Below are positions 7,997-20,259 of a stretch of 64,000 nt of DNA, piece after piece. Position 1 is the first letter of the stretch. The number at the start of each line of letters is the position of its first letter. Below the pieces are notes generated by a model. It saw only the letters and a program-made list of their open reading frames with translations. It was not told where the DNA came from and made no database searches. The stretch lies in the NCBI GenBank assembly GCA_963715985.1, contig CAVQSP010000014.1:224001-288000 (forward strand), in the 5' to 3' direction. The position numbers and the translations under genes were made by a program. Source of the stretch: an uncultured Thermoleophilia bacterium. GTDB lineage: Bacteria > Actinomycetota > Thermoleophilia > UBA2241.

Positions 7997-8836
7997 ATGA
8001 GCGGGACCGCCACACGCGACGACGCGACCCTGCTTCGCCTGGAGGCCGAGCTGGCGCAGCTGGGCTCGGCCTGCGTGGCCTTCTCAGGCGGCGTGGACTC
8101 GAGCCTCGTGCTGGCCGCCGCCGTGCGCGCTCTGGGCGCGGACAACGTGCTCGCGTACACGGCCGTGTCGGCGACGTACCTGCCGGAGGAACTGGACGTC
8201 GCACGGGGCCTCGCCGCGGAGCTCGGGGTGCGCCACGTCGTGGTGGAGACCCACGAGTTCGACGAGCCGTCGTTCACCGGCAACCCGCGCGAGCGCTGCT
8301 ACTTCTGCAAGCGTGAGCTGGTCGCCGGGATGAGGCGCGTCGCCGCCGAGCACGGATGCGCCGCGCTCGTGGACGGCGCCAACCTCGACGACCTCGGCGA
8401 CCACCGGCCCGGCATGCGCGCCAGTGCGGAGGGCGGCGTCGCCCACCCGCTGCTCGAGGCGGGCATCGGCAAGGCCGAGGTCAGGCGCCTGGCGCGGGCC
8501 CTCGGCCTGTCCACCTGGGACGCTCCGCAGCAGGCCTGCCTGGCCTCGCGCATCCCCTACGGCGAGCCCATCACCGTGGAGAAGCTCACGGCGGTGGCCG
8601 AGGCCGAGCGCGTGCTGCGTGAGCTCGGCTTCCGCCAGTGCCGCGTGCGCCACCACGGCGCCGTGGCTCGCGTCGAGGTGGAAGCGGACGACATCGCGCG
8701 CGCCGCGGGCCCGGCGCGCGAAGAGATCGCGCGCCGTCTGCGCGCCCTCGGCTTCACATGGGTCACGCTCGATCTCGACGGATTCCGCTCAGGCAGCATG
8801 AACGAGGTGCCGGCCGGCGCCTTCACGGGGAGGTGA
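7997..8836 (+). CDS. larE: ATP-dependent sulfur transferase LarE family (PP-loop, CxxC-C type)
   Basis: AFSGGVDS PP-loop, RCYFCK, DDLGDHRPG, ACLASRIPYG, RVRHHG, GFRSGSMN. Confidence 0.85.
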   Translation: MSGTATRDDATLLRLEAELAQLGSACVAFSGGVDSSLVLAAAVRALGADNVLAYTAVSATYLPEELDVARGLAAELGVRHVVVETHEFDEPSFTGNPRERCYFCKRELVAGMRRVAAEHGCAALVDGANLDDLGDHRPGMRASAEGGVAHPLLEAGIGKAEVRRLARALGLSTWDAPQQACLASRIPYGEPITVEKLTAVAEAERVLRELGFRQCRVRHHGAVARVEVEADDIARAAGPAREEIARRLRALGFTWVTLDLDGFRSGSMNEVPAGAFTGR

Positions 8837-9612
8837 CGGCGGTGCTCGGCAAGCTCATCGGTGGCCTGCGTCGCGATCTGCACACGGCAGTCAGCGAGGT
8901 CGCCAGCGACGTGCGCGCCGTGCAGGAGCGCGACCCGGCCGCCACGTCCAAGCTGGAGATCGTCACTTCCTACGCCGGCCTGCACGCGCTGTGGCTCCAC
9001 CGCCTCGCCCACCGTCTGAACACCGCCGGCGTGCCGGTGCTGCCGCGCTGGGTGAGCCAGTTCAACCGCTTCGTCACCGGCATCGAGATCCACCCCGGCG
9101 CCAGGATCGGCAAGGGCCTCTTCATCGACCACGGCTCCGGCGTGGTCATCGGCGAGACCACCGAGATCGGCGACGACGTCACGGTCTACCAGGGCGTCAC
9201 GCTCGGCGGCACCGGCAAGCAGAGCGGCAAGCGTCACCCCACCGTGGGCGACAACGTCGTCCTCGGCGCCGGCGCCAAGGTGCTCGGGGCGGTCACCGTC
9301 GGCGACAACGCCAAGATCGGCGCCGGCAGCGTGGTGGTCACCGATGTGCCGCGCAACTCCACCGTGGTCGGCAACCCGGGCCGCCCCGTGCTGCTCGAGG
9401 GTCAGAAGGTCGGCATCCCCGACATCGACTACCGGCACCTCCCGGACCCCGTGGCCGAGGCCATCAAGTGCCTCGTGGCGCGCATCGTGGAGATGGAGAA
9501 GGAGCTCGACGAGATCCACCCGGAGAGGAGCGGCAAGCGTCAGGAGGCAGTGCGCCAGACGCAGGCCATTCTGGCCGAGTTCCTGCAGTTCGATTCCGGA
9601 GCCGGCATCTGA
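8833..9612 (+). CDS. cysE: Serine O-acetyltransferase
   Basis: ERDPAA, GIEIHPGARIG, FIDHGSGVVIGET, TLGGTGK...KRHPT, hexapeptide repeats, LPDPV; GTG overlaps the larE stop. Confidence 0.93.
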   Translation: MTAVLGKLIGGLRRDLHTAVSEVASDVRAVQERDPAATSKLEIVTSYAGLHALWLHRLAHRLNTAGVPVLPRWVSQFNRFVTGIEIHPGARIGKGLFIDHGSGVVIGETTEIGDDVTVYQGVTLGGTGKQSGKRHPTVGDNVVLGAGAKVLGAVTVGDNAKIGAGSVVVTDVPRNSTVVGNPGRPVLLEGQKVGIPDIDYRHLPDPVAEAIKCLVARIVEMEKELDEIHPERSGKRQEAVRQTQAILAEFLQFDSGAGI

Positions 9613-9624
9613 CTGAAGAGGAGT

Positions 9625-9649
9625 GCGGCGCCGGGTACTCCGGCGCCGC
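9625..9649. terminator. GC-rich hairpin after cysE (likely terminator)
   Basis: GCGGCGCCGG-GTACT-CCGGCGCCGC perfect 10-bp stem. Confidence 0.6.
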
Positions 9650-9651
9650 GT

Positions 9652-9886
9652 TCACATCATCGTCGGGGTGAGCAGGCGGGGCAGCACGTCCTCGACCACC
9701 AGGCCCACGGCGGACCCGTCGAGGAGCCCGAGGTCGTCCAGCACCTCCTCCGGGTCCACGAGTCCGAGGCAGCGCCAAACGGCGCCGTCGTCGCCGGCCA
9801 CGGAGAGCACGCCCTCGTCGCTGAGAAGGAGGTCGCCGGCGGGCTGCCGGATGTCGCCGCCGGCGCCGCGGATGAGCGTGTGCCCA
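9652..9886 (-). CDS. Small hypothetical protein or gene remnant; start uncertain
   Basis: Acidic reading frame TLIRGAGGDIRQPAGDLLLSDEGVLSVAG... with GC3-biased codons. The AAGGAG-GTG start nearby is out of frame. Confidence 0.25.
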
Positions 9887-10130
9887 CTCTCCTTGCGGGC
9901 GACCGTGAGACCGCGCCTCTCGACCCTCCTCCGCTCGCTCGAGGTGCCTTCTCGCGCCGTTCGTTGCTGGCATCGGCGCGCCGCACGAGCGGGAACATGA
10001 GGCAGAATACCCGACCTCAACGGGAGCGCGCCCGAGCCGTCGTCCACCCTGTGGATGACCGAGGCGGAGAGGCGGGTATGCTACGATTGCAGCCTTCTCC
10101 AGCGACCCGTGAACGGAGCGTGATCTCGTC

Positions 10131-10439
10131 ATGAGCCAGGTCTTGCGTCTCGTGCTCGACGTGCTCAAACCCCACCAGCCCACCATGCTCGTGCTCGCCG
10201 ACAAGCTCGGCGACCTGGAGGGCATCCACGGGGTGGACATCACGCTCATCGAGATCGACAACAAGGTCGAGAACATCAAGATCACGCTGGAGGGCGACGA
10301 CATCGACTTCCAGGACGTCGCCGAGGTCGTACAGGAGTCCGGCGGCAGCATCCACTCCATCGACAAGGTGTCCACCGGCAAGCGGCTCATCGACGAGGTC
10401 GAGACCCCGCAGGACGCCGGCGCCAGCTGGCTGCGCTGA
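10131..10439 (+). CDS. DUF211 domain protein (archaeal-type)
   Basis: RLVLDVLKPHQP...EIDNKVENIKITLEG...GGSIHSIDKV...ETPQD, characteristic of DUF211. Confidence 0.85.
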   Translation: MSQVLRLVLDVLKPHQPTMLVLADKLGDLEGIHGVDITLIEIDNKVENIKITLEGDDIDFQDVAEVVQESGGSIHSIDKVSTGKRLIDEVETPQDAGASWLR

Positions 10440-10473
10440 CCGCCGCCGCGCCTGAACGCCCGGTGACGTTGCG

Positions 10474-11093
10474 GTGAGCTTCACCACCAGACCCAGTCTC
10501 AGCGCGCGCCTGCGTGAGCGTGCGGCGACCCTGCGTCACTACCACGAGATCGCGGAGGTCGGCGAGATCGCCCGCCGCTACTTCGCGATGAACGCCTTCG
10601 ACGGCGTCCTCACGGCGCTCGGCGTGCTTGTGGGCGGGTACCTCGGCGGCGTGGACAGCCCGCGCGCCATCTTCACCGTCGTGCTCACCACCGCCGTCGG
10701 CATGGGGGTCTCCGGGTTCTACGGCTCGTACCTCGTGGAGCGCGCGGAGCGTGGGCGCGCCATGCGCGAGCTCGAGGAGTCGACGCTCTCGAGCCTCCAG
10801 GACACGACCATCGCCTCCGCCTCGCGCTACGCCACCATCGTCATCGCCTTCGTCGACGGCGCCTCGCCGTTCCTGGCGGCGCTCATCGTGATGATCCCCT
10901 TCCTGTTCACCGGGGTCGTCTCGATGCACACCGCCTACTTCGCCGCCGTCGTGGTCGGTCTCGTCGAGCTGTTCTTCCTGGGCATGTTCCTGGGTGCCAT
11001 CTCGCGCGACCGTCTCTGGTTGTCGGGCCTGCGCCTCGCGGCGGCCGGCGTCATCGCGCTGGTCATCAGCCTCCTGCTCGGCGGGGGCGTGGG

Positions 11094-11097
<4 letters not shown>
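10474..11097 (+). CDS. VIT1/CCC1-family membrane protein (archaeal TIGR00267-like)
   Basis: RRYFAMNAFDGVLTALG, GMGVSGFYGSYLVERAER, DGASPF; multiple TM helices. Confidence 0.75.
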
Positions 11098-13442
<2,345 letters not shown>

Positions 13443-13476
13443 GGCGGCGCCGGGAGAGCCGGCCCCCCGGTGCGGC

Positions 13477-13953
13477 TCAGGGGCCGGTGCCCCACTCTCT
13501 GAGGAGCCAGCCGCCCGACGGCGCCTTCTGCAGGTACATGAACAGCGTGTGCTCTCCGGCGGGCCCCCAAGGGGTCGCGCCGGCCGCAGGCTCCACGTAC
13601 ACCGTGACCTCGAGCTGGACCGAGCCGTCGGCCTGCGCGAGTGGGGCCCGCGCCGACACGAGACGGACGTGCTCGATGTCGTCCTGAACGGCCGCCATGT
13701 CCGTGGGCGTGCCGGGGACGGAGGCGGCGAGCGTGCCGGCGAAGTCGTTCGCGTCCACGAGGCGCCAGTACTCGGCCGCCGCCTGGCGCGGTGTGCCGGC
13801 GAGCGGGCGCGAGCCGGCGGACGCAGAGGGGGACGGCGGAGGGGACGGAGCGGCGGTCGTGCCGCAGGCGGCCGCCGCCACCGCGAGAAGGATCACACTG
13901 AGCGCGGCGTAGAGCCGCCGGCGGCGTGCCGAGGTGCTGTGGCGGACTGGCAT
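13477..13953 (-). CDS. Putative lipoprotein, DUF4829/NTF2-like
   Basis: Lipobox-like AAAAC; C-terminal TLFMYLQKAPSGGWLLREWGTGP. Confidence 0.6.
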   Translation of the reverse strand: MPVRHSTSARRRRLYAALSVILLAVAAAACGTTAAPSPPPSPSASAGSRPLAGTPRQAAAEYWRLVDANDFAGTLAASVPGTPTDMAAVQDDIEHVRLVSARAPLAQADGSVQLEVTVYVEPAAGATPWGPAGEHTLFMYLQKAPSGGWLLREWGTGP

Positions 13954-14141
13954 GGCGTTCCTCTCCCCGGGCCGCGGTCGCCGGCGCCGGCTGCTTCCAG
14001 CTGACCACAGTCGTGCGCGCGTGTACAGGGTGACGATGCCGGACTCGGGGTGACGTCTCGACGCGCCCGGCGGGCGTCGCCGGCGGCGACTGCGGTAGAG
14101 TTCCCGGCGGAGCATCCACCCACCGGCAAGGAAGGTCCATC

Positions 14142-14912
<771 letters not shown>

Positions 14913-14931
14913 GCCGCGCCGCGGCGCGGCC

Positions 14932-15771
14932 TCAGCCGCCCACGCTTCCGAGCAGGCGTCGCAGCACTTCCGTGACGCCCGGCGTGGCGCGCACCAGCAC
15001 GTCGGCACCCTCGGTCACCGGCTGCGGCGTCTCCTCCGTGATCGCGGCCACGGCACACGCCGCGCGGCGGGCGTCCCGCTCGGCCCAGAGGCGCAGGGTC
15101 TGAAAAGCGGTGACGTCGGTGAGGTCGTCCCCGCAGGCCATCGCCGAGAGGTAAGCGCTGTCAGACAGCAGCCGCCTCACGGCCGAGCCCTTGGAGAAAG
15201 GCAGCGGCGGCCTGATCTCGTAGGCGAAGTGCCCGGTGCCGATGGCCAGGCCGCGTGCCCGCGCCGGCTCCACGACCATGGTCAGGATGGCGTGCCGCGT
15301 GGCGGCCGGGTCCTCGGCGAGGCGGTAGTGGACGGCCAGCACCGTGCGCTTGTTCTCGAGGATGATGCCGAGCGCCTCGCAGTCGAGGTCGCGGGCGGCC
15401 TCGGCGGCCACATCCTGGACGTCGGCCACGTAGCGCTCCGCCTGCGGGTCGCTCTGCAGTGAGCCGTCCGCGGCCTGGATCTCGAGCCCGTGCGTGCCCA
15501 CGTAGGCCGCGCCGGGCACGTCGATCATCCGCCGCCCGTCATCCAGTGCGCGACCGGTGACGAATGCCACGAGGCCGAGGCGCGCCGCGAGGCGCGTGAG
15601 CAGCTCGCGGGTGGCGTCCGGCACGACCGCGTCCACGGGACGGGGGGCGATGGGGGAGACGGTGCCGTCGATGTCACAGAACAGGGCGCCCGCGCGCGGT
15701 GCCGCCGCGAACGCGCGCAGGCACGCGTCGAGCTGGTCGTCCCCCTTCAGGATCAGTGCCTCGGTGCCCAC
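14932..15771 (-). CDS. otsB: Trehalose-6-phosphate phosphatase (HAD)
   Basis: DIDGTVSPI, VTGR, GTHGLE, ENK...VHYR, EIRP...KG, GDDLTDV; AGGAGG before the GTG. Confidence 0.88.
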   Translation of the reverse strand: MGTEALILKGDDQLDACLRAFAAAPRAGALFCDIDGTVSPIAPRPVDAVVPDATRELLTRLAARLGLVAFVTGRALDDGRRMIDVPGAAYVGTHGLEIQAADGSLQSDPQAERYVADVQDVAAEAARDLDCEALGIILENKRTVLAVHYRLAEDPAATRHAILTMVVEPARARGLAIGTGHFAYEIRPPLPFSKGSAVRRLLSDSAYLSAMACGDDLTDVTAFQTLRLWAERDARRAACAVAAITEETPQPVTEGADVLVRATPGVTEVLRRLLGSVGG

Positions 15772-15898
15772 CGGCCTCCTCCGCGCGCGGACTGTCGCCG
15801 ACAGCGTATCGGAAGCGGCCGGGGCTACCAATGAGCGGCGACCCCGTCGGCGCCCGCCGTCAAGTTCCCCGAGGCGGTGCCGATAGGGGGGTGGAGAG

Positions 15899-16540
15899 AT
15901 GACCGACCCGTCCGACACGCCGCTCAAGACCTCCCGGGCCCGACCGCCGCGCGACACGCGCGGCGACCCCTACCTGAAGTCGATGCTGCTCGGGCTCATC
16001 GAGGACAGCTACCTGCACACCGGCACGTTCACGCAGTTCGCGGCGGAGGTGTTGCAGGTGCTGGCGTACGCCGTCACGGTGCCGGTCGCGTTCACCGAGG
16101 GGTTCCTGCGCGCTTACCTCTCCATCGACAGGGTGGTCGAGGAGGACGACGGCCGCATCACGATCGTGCCCAAGACGAACGCCAGCCTCGAGGACATCAT
16201 GCGCGATGTGGACGAGATCACCGCCCAGGTCGAGCCGGGGGCCGTGTTCAACCCGGTCGTGCGGGCGCGCCTCGACGCCGTGCACCAGGTCTCGAGCAAG
16301 GCGATGAAGTGGGACATCGACACGCTGTCGCGCATGTCCGACGACCAGCTCATGGACGTGCTGCGCCAGATGCAGGCGGACTCCGAACGCATCAGCGACG
16401 GCGAGCAGTCGGGTGCCGACGAGGCCACAGACTACGTCCGCACCAAGCTGGCCACCATCCGCCGCAACGTGCGCAGCGTCCAGGCACAGCAGGCGGCGTC
16501 CGAGGGTGCCGGTCCGGCGGCGCCCGACGCCGCCGGCTGA
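15899..16540 (+). CDS. Hypothetical protein (no recognised family)
   Basis: 213-aa ORF with strong GC3 bias, GGAG RBS and helical amphipathic composition. Confidence 0.7.
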   Translation: MTDPSDTPLKTSRARPPRDTRGDPYLKSMLLGLIEDSYLHTGTFTQFAAEVLQVLAYAVTVPVAFTEGFLRAYLSIDRVVEEDDGRITIVPKTNASLEDIMRDVDEITAQVEPGAVFNPVVRARLDAVHQVSSKAMKWDIDTLSRMSDDQLMDVLRQMQADSERISDGEQSGADEATDYVRTKLATIRRNVRSVQAQQAASEGAGPAAPDAAG

Positions 16541-16586
16541 GCCGCGGCAGCACCGCCCGACGCCGCCGGCTGAGCCGCGGCAGCAC
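16521..16586. repeat. 33-bp perfect tandem duplication spanning the stop codon
   Basis: CGCCCGACGCCGCCGGCTGAGCCGCGGCAGCAC x2. Confidence 0.9.
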
Positions 16587-16702
16587 CTCCCGTCCCGCGT
16601 CCGTCAGCCTGTGTCGAGCGCCGGCGTCCCTGCGCCGAGCGCACGTGCTCCCAGCCTCGCGGCGTGTCGGGTAGGATAGGCCGGCTTCTCGGAAGGGCAT
16701 GC

Positions 16703-17617
16703 ATGTCTCACTTCTCTGACAGACTCGCGACGACGATCCGCGCGCACCGCAGCGTGGTGTGTGTCGGGCTCGACCCGGTGCTCGAACGCATGCCGCCGGG
16801 CCTTGTGGAGCAGTACCGGGCGCAGGCGGCCGACCTCGGCGACGAAGCCGCCGTGGCGGCCTGCTTCGAGGAGTTCTGCGGCGGCATCATCGAGGCGGTC
16901 GCCGGCAGCGCCGCCTGCGTCAAGCCCCAGGCCGCCTTCTTCGAGCAGTACGGCGCCCCCGGCTGGGCCGCGCTCCGCGCCGTGGTGCGCCGCGCCCACG
17001 AGTACGAGCTGCCGGTCATCCTGGACGTCAAGCGCGGGGACATCGCCTCGACCGGCGCGGCCTACGGGCGCGCCGCCTTCGGCGGCGCCCCCGGCTTCTC
17101 CGCGCCGGTGCCCGGCCTGGATGCCGACGCCCTCACCGCCAGTCCCTACCTCGGGGACGACTCCCTGGAGCCGCTGGTGCGGCACTGCGCGGACGGCAGG
17201 GGGGTCTTCGTGCTCACGCGTACCAGCAACCCCGGCGCCGCGCTCCTTCAGGAGCGCGAGGTGGACGGCCGCCCGCTGTACCTCGCGGTGGCCGACCTGG
17301 TCGCACGCCTCGGCCGGGAGCACATGGGCGAGTACGGCTACAGCGATGTGGGGGCGGTGGCGGGCGCCACCGCCCCCACATCGCTGCGCCTCGTGCGCGA
17401 CGCCCTGCCGCACGCCTTCCTGCTCGTGCCCGGGTATGGGGCGCAGGGGGCCGGTGCCGACGCCCTGTGCGGAATCGCCGCCGGCGCTGCCGCCGGCTTC
17501 GTCGTCAACGCCTCGCGCTCCATCATCTTCGCCTGGCAGGAGGACGGCGTGGACTACAAGAGGGCTGCCGCCCGCGCCGCCGAATCTATGCGCAGCGACC
17601 TCGCCGCCATCATATGA
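16703..17617 (+). CDS. pyrF: Orotidine-5'-phosphate decarboxylase (subfamily 2)
   Basis: CVGLDP, KPQAAFFE, DVKRGDIAST, SPYLG, RTSNPG, LVPGYGAQG, NASRSI. Confidence 0.93.
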   Translation: MSHFSDRLATTIRAHRSVVCVGLDPVLERMPPGLVEQYRAQAADLGDEAAVAACFEEFCGGIIEAVAGSAACVKPQAAFFEQYGAPGWAALRAVVRRAHEYELPVILDVKRGDIASTGAAYGRAAFGGAPGFSAPVPGLDADALTASPYLGDDSLEPLVRHCADGRGVFVLTRTSNPGAALLQEREVDGRPLYLAVADLVARLGREHMGEYGYSDVGAVAGATAPTSLRLVRDALPHAFLLVPGYGAQGAGADALCGIAAGAAAGFVVNASRSIIFAWQEDGVDYKRAAARAAESMRSDLAAII

Positions 17618-18228
17618 GCGATCAAGGACAGTACGACTCACCGCGCCGCAGGCGCCCAGCGGGCGACACGCCCGCGCCGCCGCCTGCCGGCGACGATCCC
17701 ATGGCGGTGCTCGAGGAGCGCCTCCAGGCCATGTCGCCGGGCGGAGCGCCGGCGCCCGCAACGCCCGCGTCACCGCCCGAGCCGCGGAGCCAGGCCGCGC
17801 CGCCCTCCGCGCTTCCTGCGGCACCTCGGGCGTCGCGCGGACGCCGCAAGCCGGCGGCGAGACGGCGCTCGACCTTCAGTCTCGCGCGCATCGCCGCCCC
17901 CGTCGTCTTCCTCGTGGCCGTCGTGGTCCTCGTCGCCTTGGTCTTCCAGTCCGGCATCGTCGGCAGCAGCAGCGAGACGCCCACCCCGACGCCCACGCCC
18001 AAAGCGACCAAGACCAAGGGTGGCGGCAGCGGAAACAACAAGGCCGGCACCACCGTGGCGTTCAAGAAGTACACCGTCAAGGACGGCGACACGCTCTCCG
18101 GCATCGCCGTCAAGTACGACACCACCGTCAACGAGATCCTCGCGCTCAACCCCAACATGAGCACCAGCACGCTGGTCGTGGGCACGGTCGTCCGCGTGCC
18201 CAAGCCGTCGCCGTCGCCTTCCCCGTGA
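17614..18228 (+). CDS. Membrane-anchored LysM-domain protein
   Basis: Pro-rich N-terminus, one TM helix, YTVKDGDTLSGIAVKY LysM motif; ATGA overlap with pyrF. Confidence 0.8.
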   Translation: MSDQGQYDSPRRRRPAGDTPAPPPAGDDPMAVLEERLQAMSPGGAPAPATPASPPEPRSQAAPPSALPAAPRASRGRRKPAARRRSTFSLARIAAPVVFLVAVVVLVALVFQSGIVGSSSETPTPTPTPKATKTKGGGSGNNKAGTTVAFKKYTVKDGDTLSGIAVKYDTTVNEILALNPNMSTSTLVVGTVVRVPKPSPSPSP

Positions 18229-18421
18229 GCGTGCGGCCGCTCTCGGCCGCCTCGCCACTCCGCTCGCTTCGCACCTTCTGACGACCCCTGCGCGGCACCG
18301 CCGCGAGTGCCGCCGGATGCTCTCTGCTCATCCCTCCGTTGGTCCCGTCAGGTGACCGTGCACCCTCGTGGGGGAGGCGAGTGCCGCACGGTGGGGTAAA
18401 GGCACTGGGAATTGTTGCATT

Positions 18422-18447
18422 GTGGGGAGAAGTGGGGTAAAGTGGCG
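18422..18447 (+). promoter_or_regulatory. MraZ-binding direct repeats of the dcw promoter
   Basis: GTGGGG-N4-GTGGGG-N4-GTGGCG (10-bp period) immediately before mraZ; extra GTGGGG at 18391. Confidence 0.8.
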
Positions 18448-18450
18448 CCC

Positions 18451-18888
18451 ATGCAGCGGCCGGTCCTCGTGGGGGAGTACGAACTGACGCTCGACGCGAA
18501 GAATCGCGTCGCCGTCCCCGCCCGGCTGCGGTCGGCGTTCGTGGACGGCATCTACCTCACCAAGGAACCGGAGCCGTGCCTCGGCGGATGGAACCCCGAG
18601 GAGTTCGGCAACCGCCTGGAAGAGGACACCGCAGCCACGGATCCGGGGAGCGCGGCGCGCCGCGACGTCAAGCGCGCGCTGGCCGCCAATGCGATCTTCC
18701 TGGAGCTCGACCGGCAGGGGCGCGTGACGCTCCCCATGAAGCATCTGAAGTACGCGGGCGTGACGCATGACGTGACCGTCATCGGCGCCCAGGACCATCT
18801 CGAGATATGGGACCGCGCCGTCTGGGCGCGGTACCTGGCCCGCCTGGAGGAGGAGGCCGATGTTACCGCAGCTGAGCACGCTACTTGA
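18451..18888 (+). CDS. mraZ: Division/cell-wall cluster transcriptional repressor MraZ
   Basis: GEYELTLDAKNRVAVP, LDRQGRVTLP, IGAQDHLEIWD. Confidence 0.92.
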   Translation: MQRPVLVGEYELTLDAKNRVAVPARLRSAFVDGIYLTKEPEPCLGGWNPEEFGNRLEEDTAATDPGSAARRDVKRALAANAIFLELDRQGRVTLPMKHLKYAGVTHDVTVIGAQDHLEIWDRAVWARYLARLEEEADVTAAEHAT

Positions 18889-18898
18889 TGAGTACGAG

Positions 18899-19825
18899 AT
18901 GGCCCTCGCCCACACCCCGGTCCTTCTCGACGAGCTGCTCGAGCTGCTGCGACCGGCTCGGGGCGAAGTGGCCGTCGACTGCACGTTCGGGGCCGGTGGG
19001 CACGCGGAGGCCGTGGCCGCGAAACTCGGTGCCAGGGGCCGCCTGATCTGCGTGGACCGCGATCCCAGCGTGGCGGAGTACTTCCGCGACGTGGCCCGCG
19101 ACGCGCCCTGCCCGTGCGAGCTGTATCACGGCAACTTCGCCGAGATGCTCATGGGCCTGGACGACGCCTCGGCGGACATCGTCTACATGGACCTCGGCGT
19201 CTCGTCCATGCAGCTCGACCGCCGCGAGCGCGGTTTCTCCTACGCCTACGACGCGCCGCTCGACATGCGCATGGACCCGGAGCTGGACGTCACCGCCGCC
19301 GACCTCGTCAACACGCTGTCCGAGGACGAGCTGGCCGACATCTTCCGCCGGTACGGCGAGGAGCGGTACGCCAAGAGCATCGCGCACGGCATCGTCCTGA
19401 CACGCAAGAAGACCCCGTTCACATCCACCTGCGAGCTCGTGGATGTCATCAAGCGCAACATCCCGACGCCCGCCCGCTTCGGTGCGGGCAACCCCGCGCG
19501 CCGTGTGTTCCAGGCGCTGCGCATCGTCGTCAACGACGAGCTGCAGTCGCTGGCCCGCGGTCTCGACGAGGCGTACCGCGTGCTGCGCCCCGGCGGGCGT
19601 CTCGCGGCCATGAGCTTCCACTCGCTCGAGGACCGCATGGTCAAGGAGTTCTTCAAAGGACACGCCGCCGGCTGCATCTGCCCGCCCGGTCTGCCGCAGT
19701 GTGTCTGCGGCCACGAGCCCACGTTGCGCGTGCTCACCCGCCGCCCGGTCACCCCGCGTACGCGGGAGATCGAGGTCAATCCGCGCAGCAAGTCCGCCAA
19801 GCTGCGCGTCGCCGTCAAGCTCTAG
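18899..19825 (+). CDS. rsmH: 16S rRNA (cytosine1402-N4)-methyltransferase
   Basis: HTPVLL, DCTFGAGGH, DLGVSSMQLD, PLDMRM, FQALRI, SFHSLEDR, NPRSKSAKLR. Confidence 0.95.
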   Translation: MALAHTPVLLDELLELLRPARGEVAVDCTFGAGGHAEAVAAKLGARGRLICVDRDPSVAEYFRDVARDAPCPCELYHGNFAEMLMGLDDASADIVYMDLGVSSMQLDRRERGFSYAYDAPLDMRMDPELDVTAADLVNTLSEDELADIFRRYGEERYAKSIAHGIVLTRKKTPFTSTCELVDVIKRNIPTPARFGAGNPARRVFQALRIVVNDELQSLARGLDEAYRVLRPGGRLAAMSFHSLEDRMVKEFFKGHAAGCICPPGLPQCVCGHEPTLRVLTRRPVTPRTREIEVNPRSKSAKLRVAVKL

Positions 19826-19833
19826 GAGTGCAG

Positions 19834-20259
19834 GTGGCGGCAGCCGCACACGCGCGGCGCGCGACGGTCGCGCCGCGGCGAGACGAAGACACCGAGCGCT
19901 ACGCACCGCGCCCGGCGACGCGGCGGATGCCGCGCACGCGCCGCCGCGCCATCCAGCGCGCCCGCTTCACGCGCGCCTTCGTCATCTTCGTCGTCTGCCT
20001 CACGGTGCTCGCCGTCGGGCGCGTCGCGCTGAGCTTCGCCGTCGTGCAGAAGACCATCGAGACCGACGCCGTGGTGCGCGAACAGCGCGCCCTCACGGCT
20101 GAGAACGCCCAGCTCGAAGAGGACCTCGCCCAGCTCGGCTCGACCGTGCGCATCCGCCACATCGCCGAGAACCAGCTGGGCCTTGTGGACGCGGACCACG
20201 TGCAGTACCTGCGCGTCTCCTGGCAGGCGCGACCCGCCAAGGTGGCCGAGAGGCCCTGA
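19834..20259 (+). CDS. ftsL: Cell division protein FtsL-like
   Basis: Position between rsmH and ftsI; one TM helix plus coiled coil, RIRHIAENQLGL. Confidence 0.75.
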   Translation: MAAAAHARRATVAPRRDEDTERYAPRPATRRMPRTRRRAIQRARFTRAFVIFVVCLTVLAVGRVALSFAVVQKTIETDAVVREQRALTAENAQLEEDLAQLGSTVRIRHIAENQLGLVDADHVQYLRVSWQARPAKVAERP

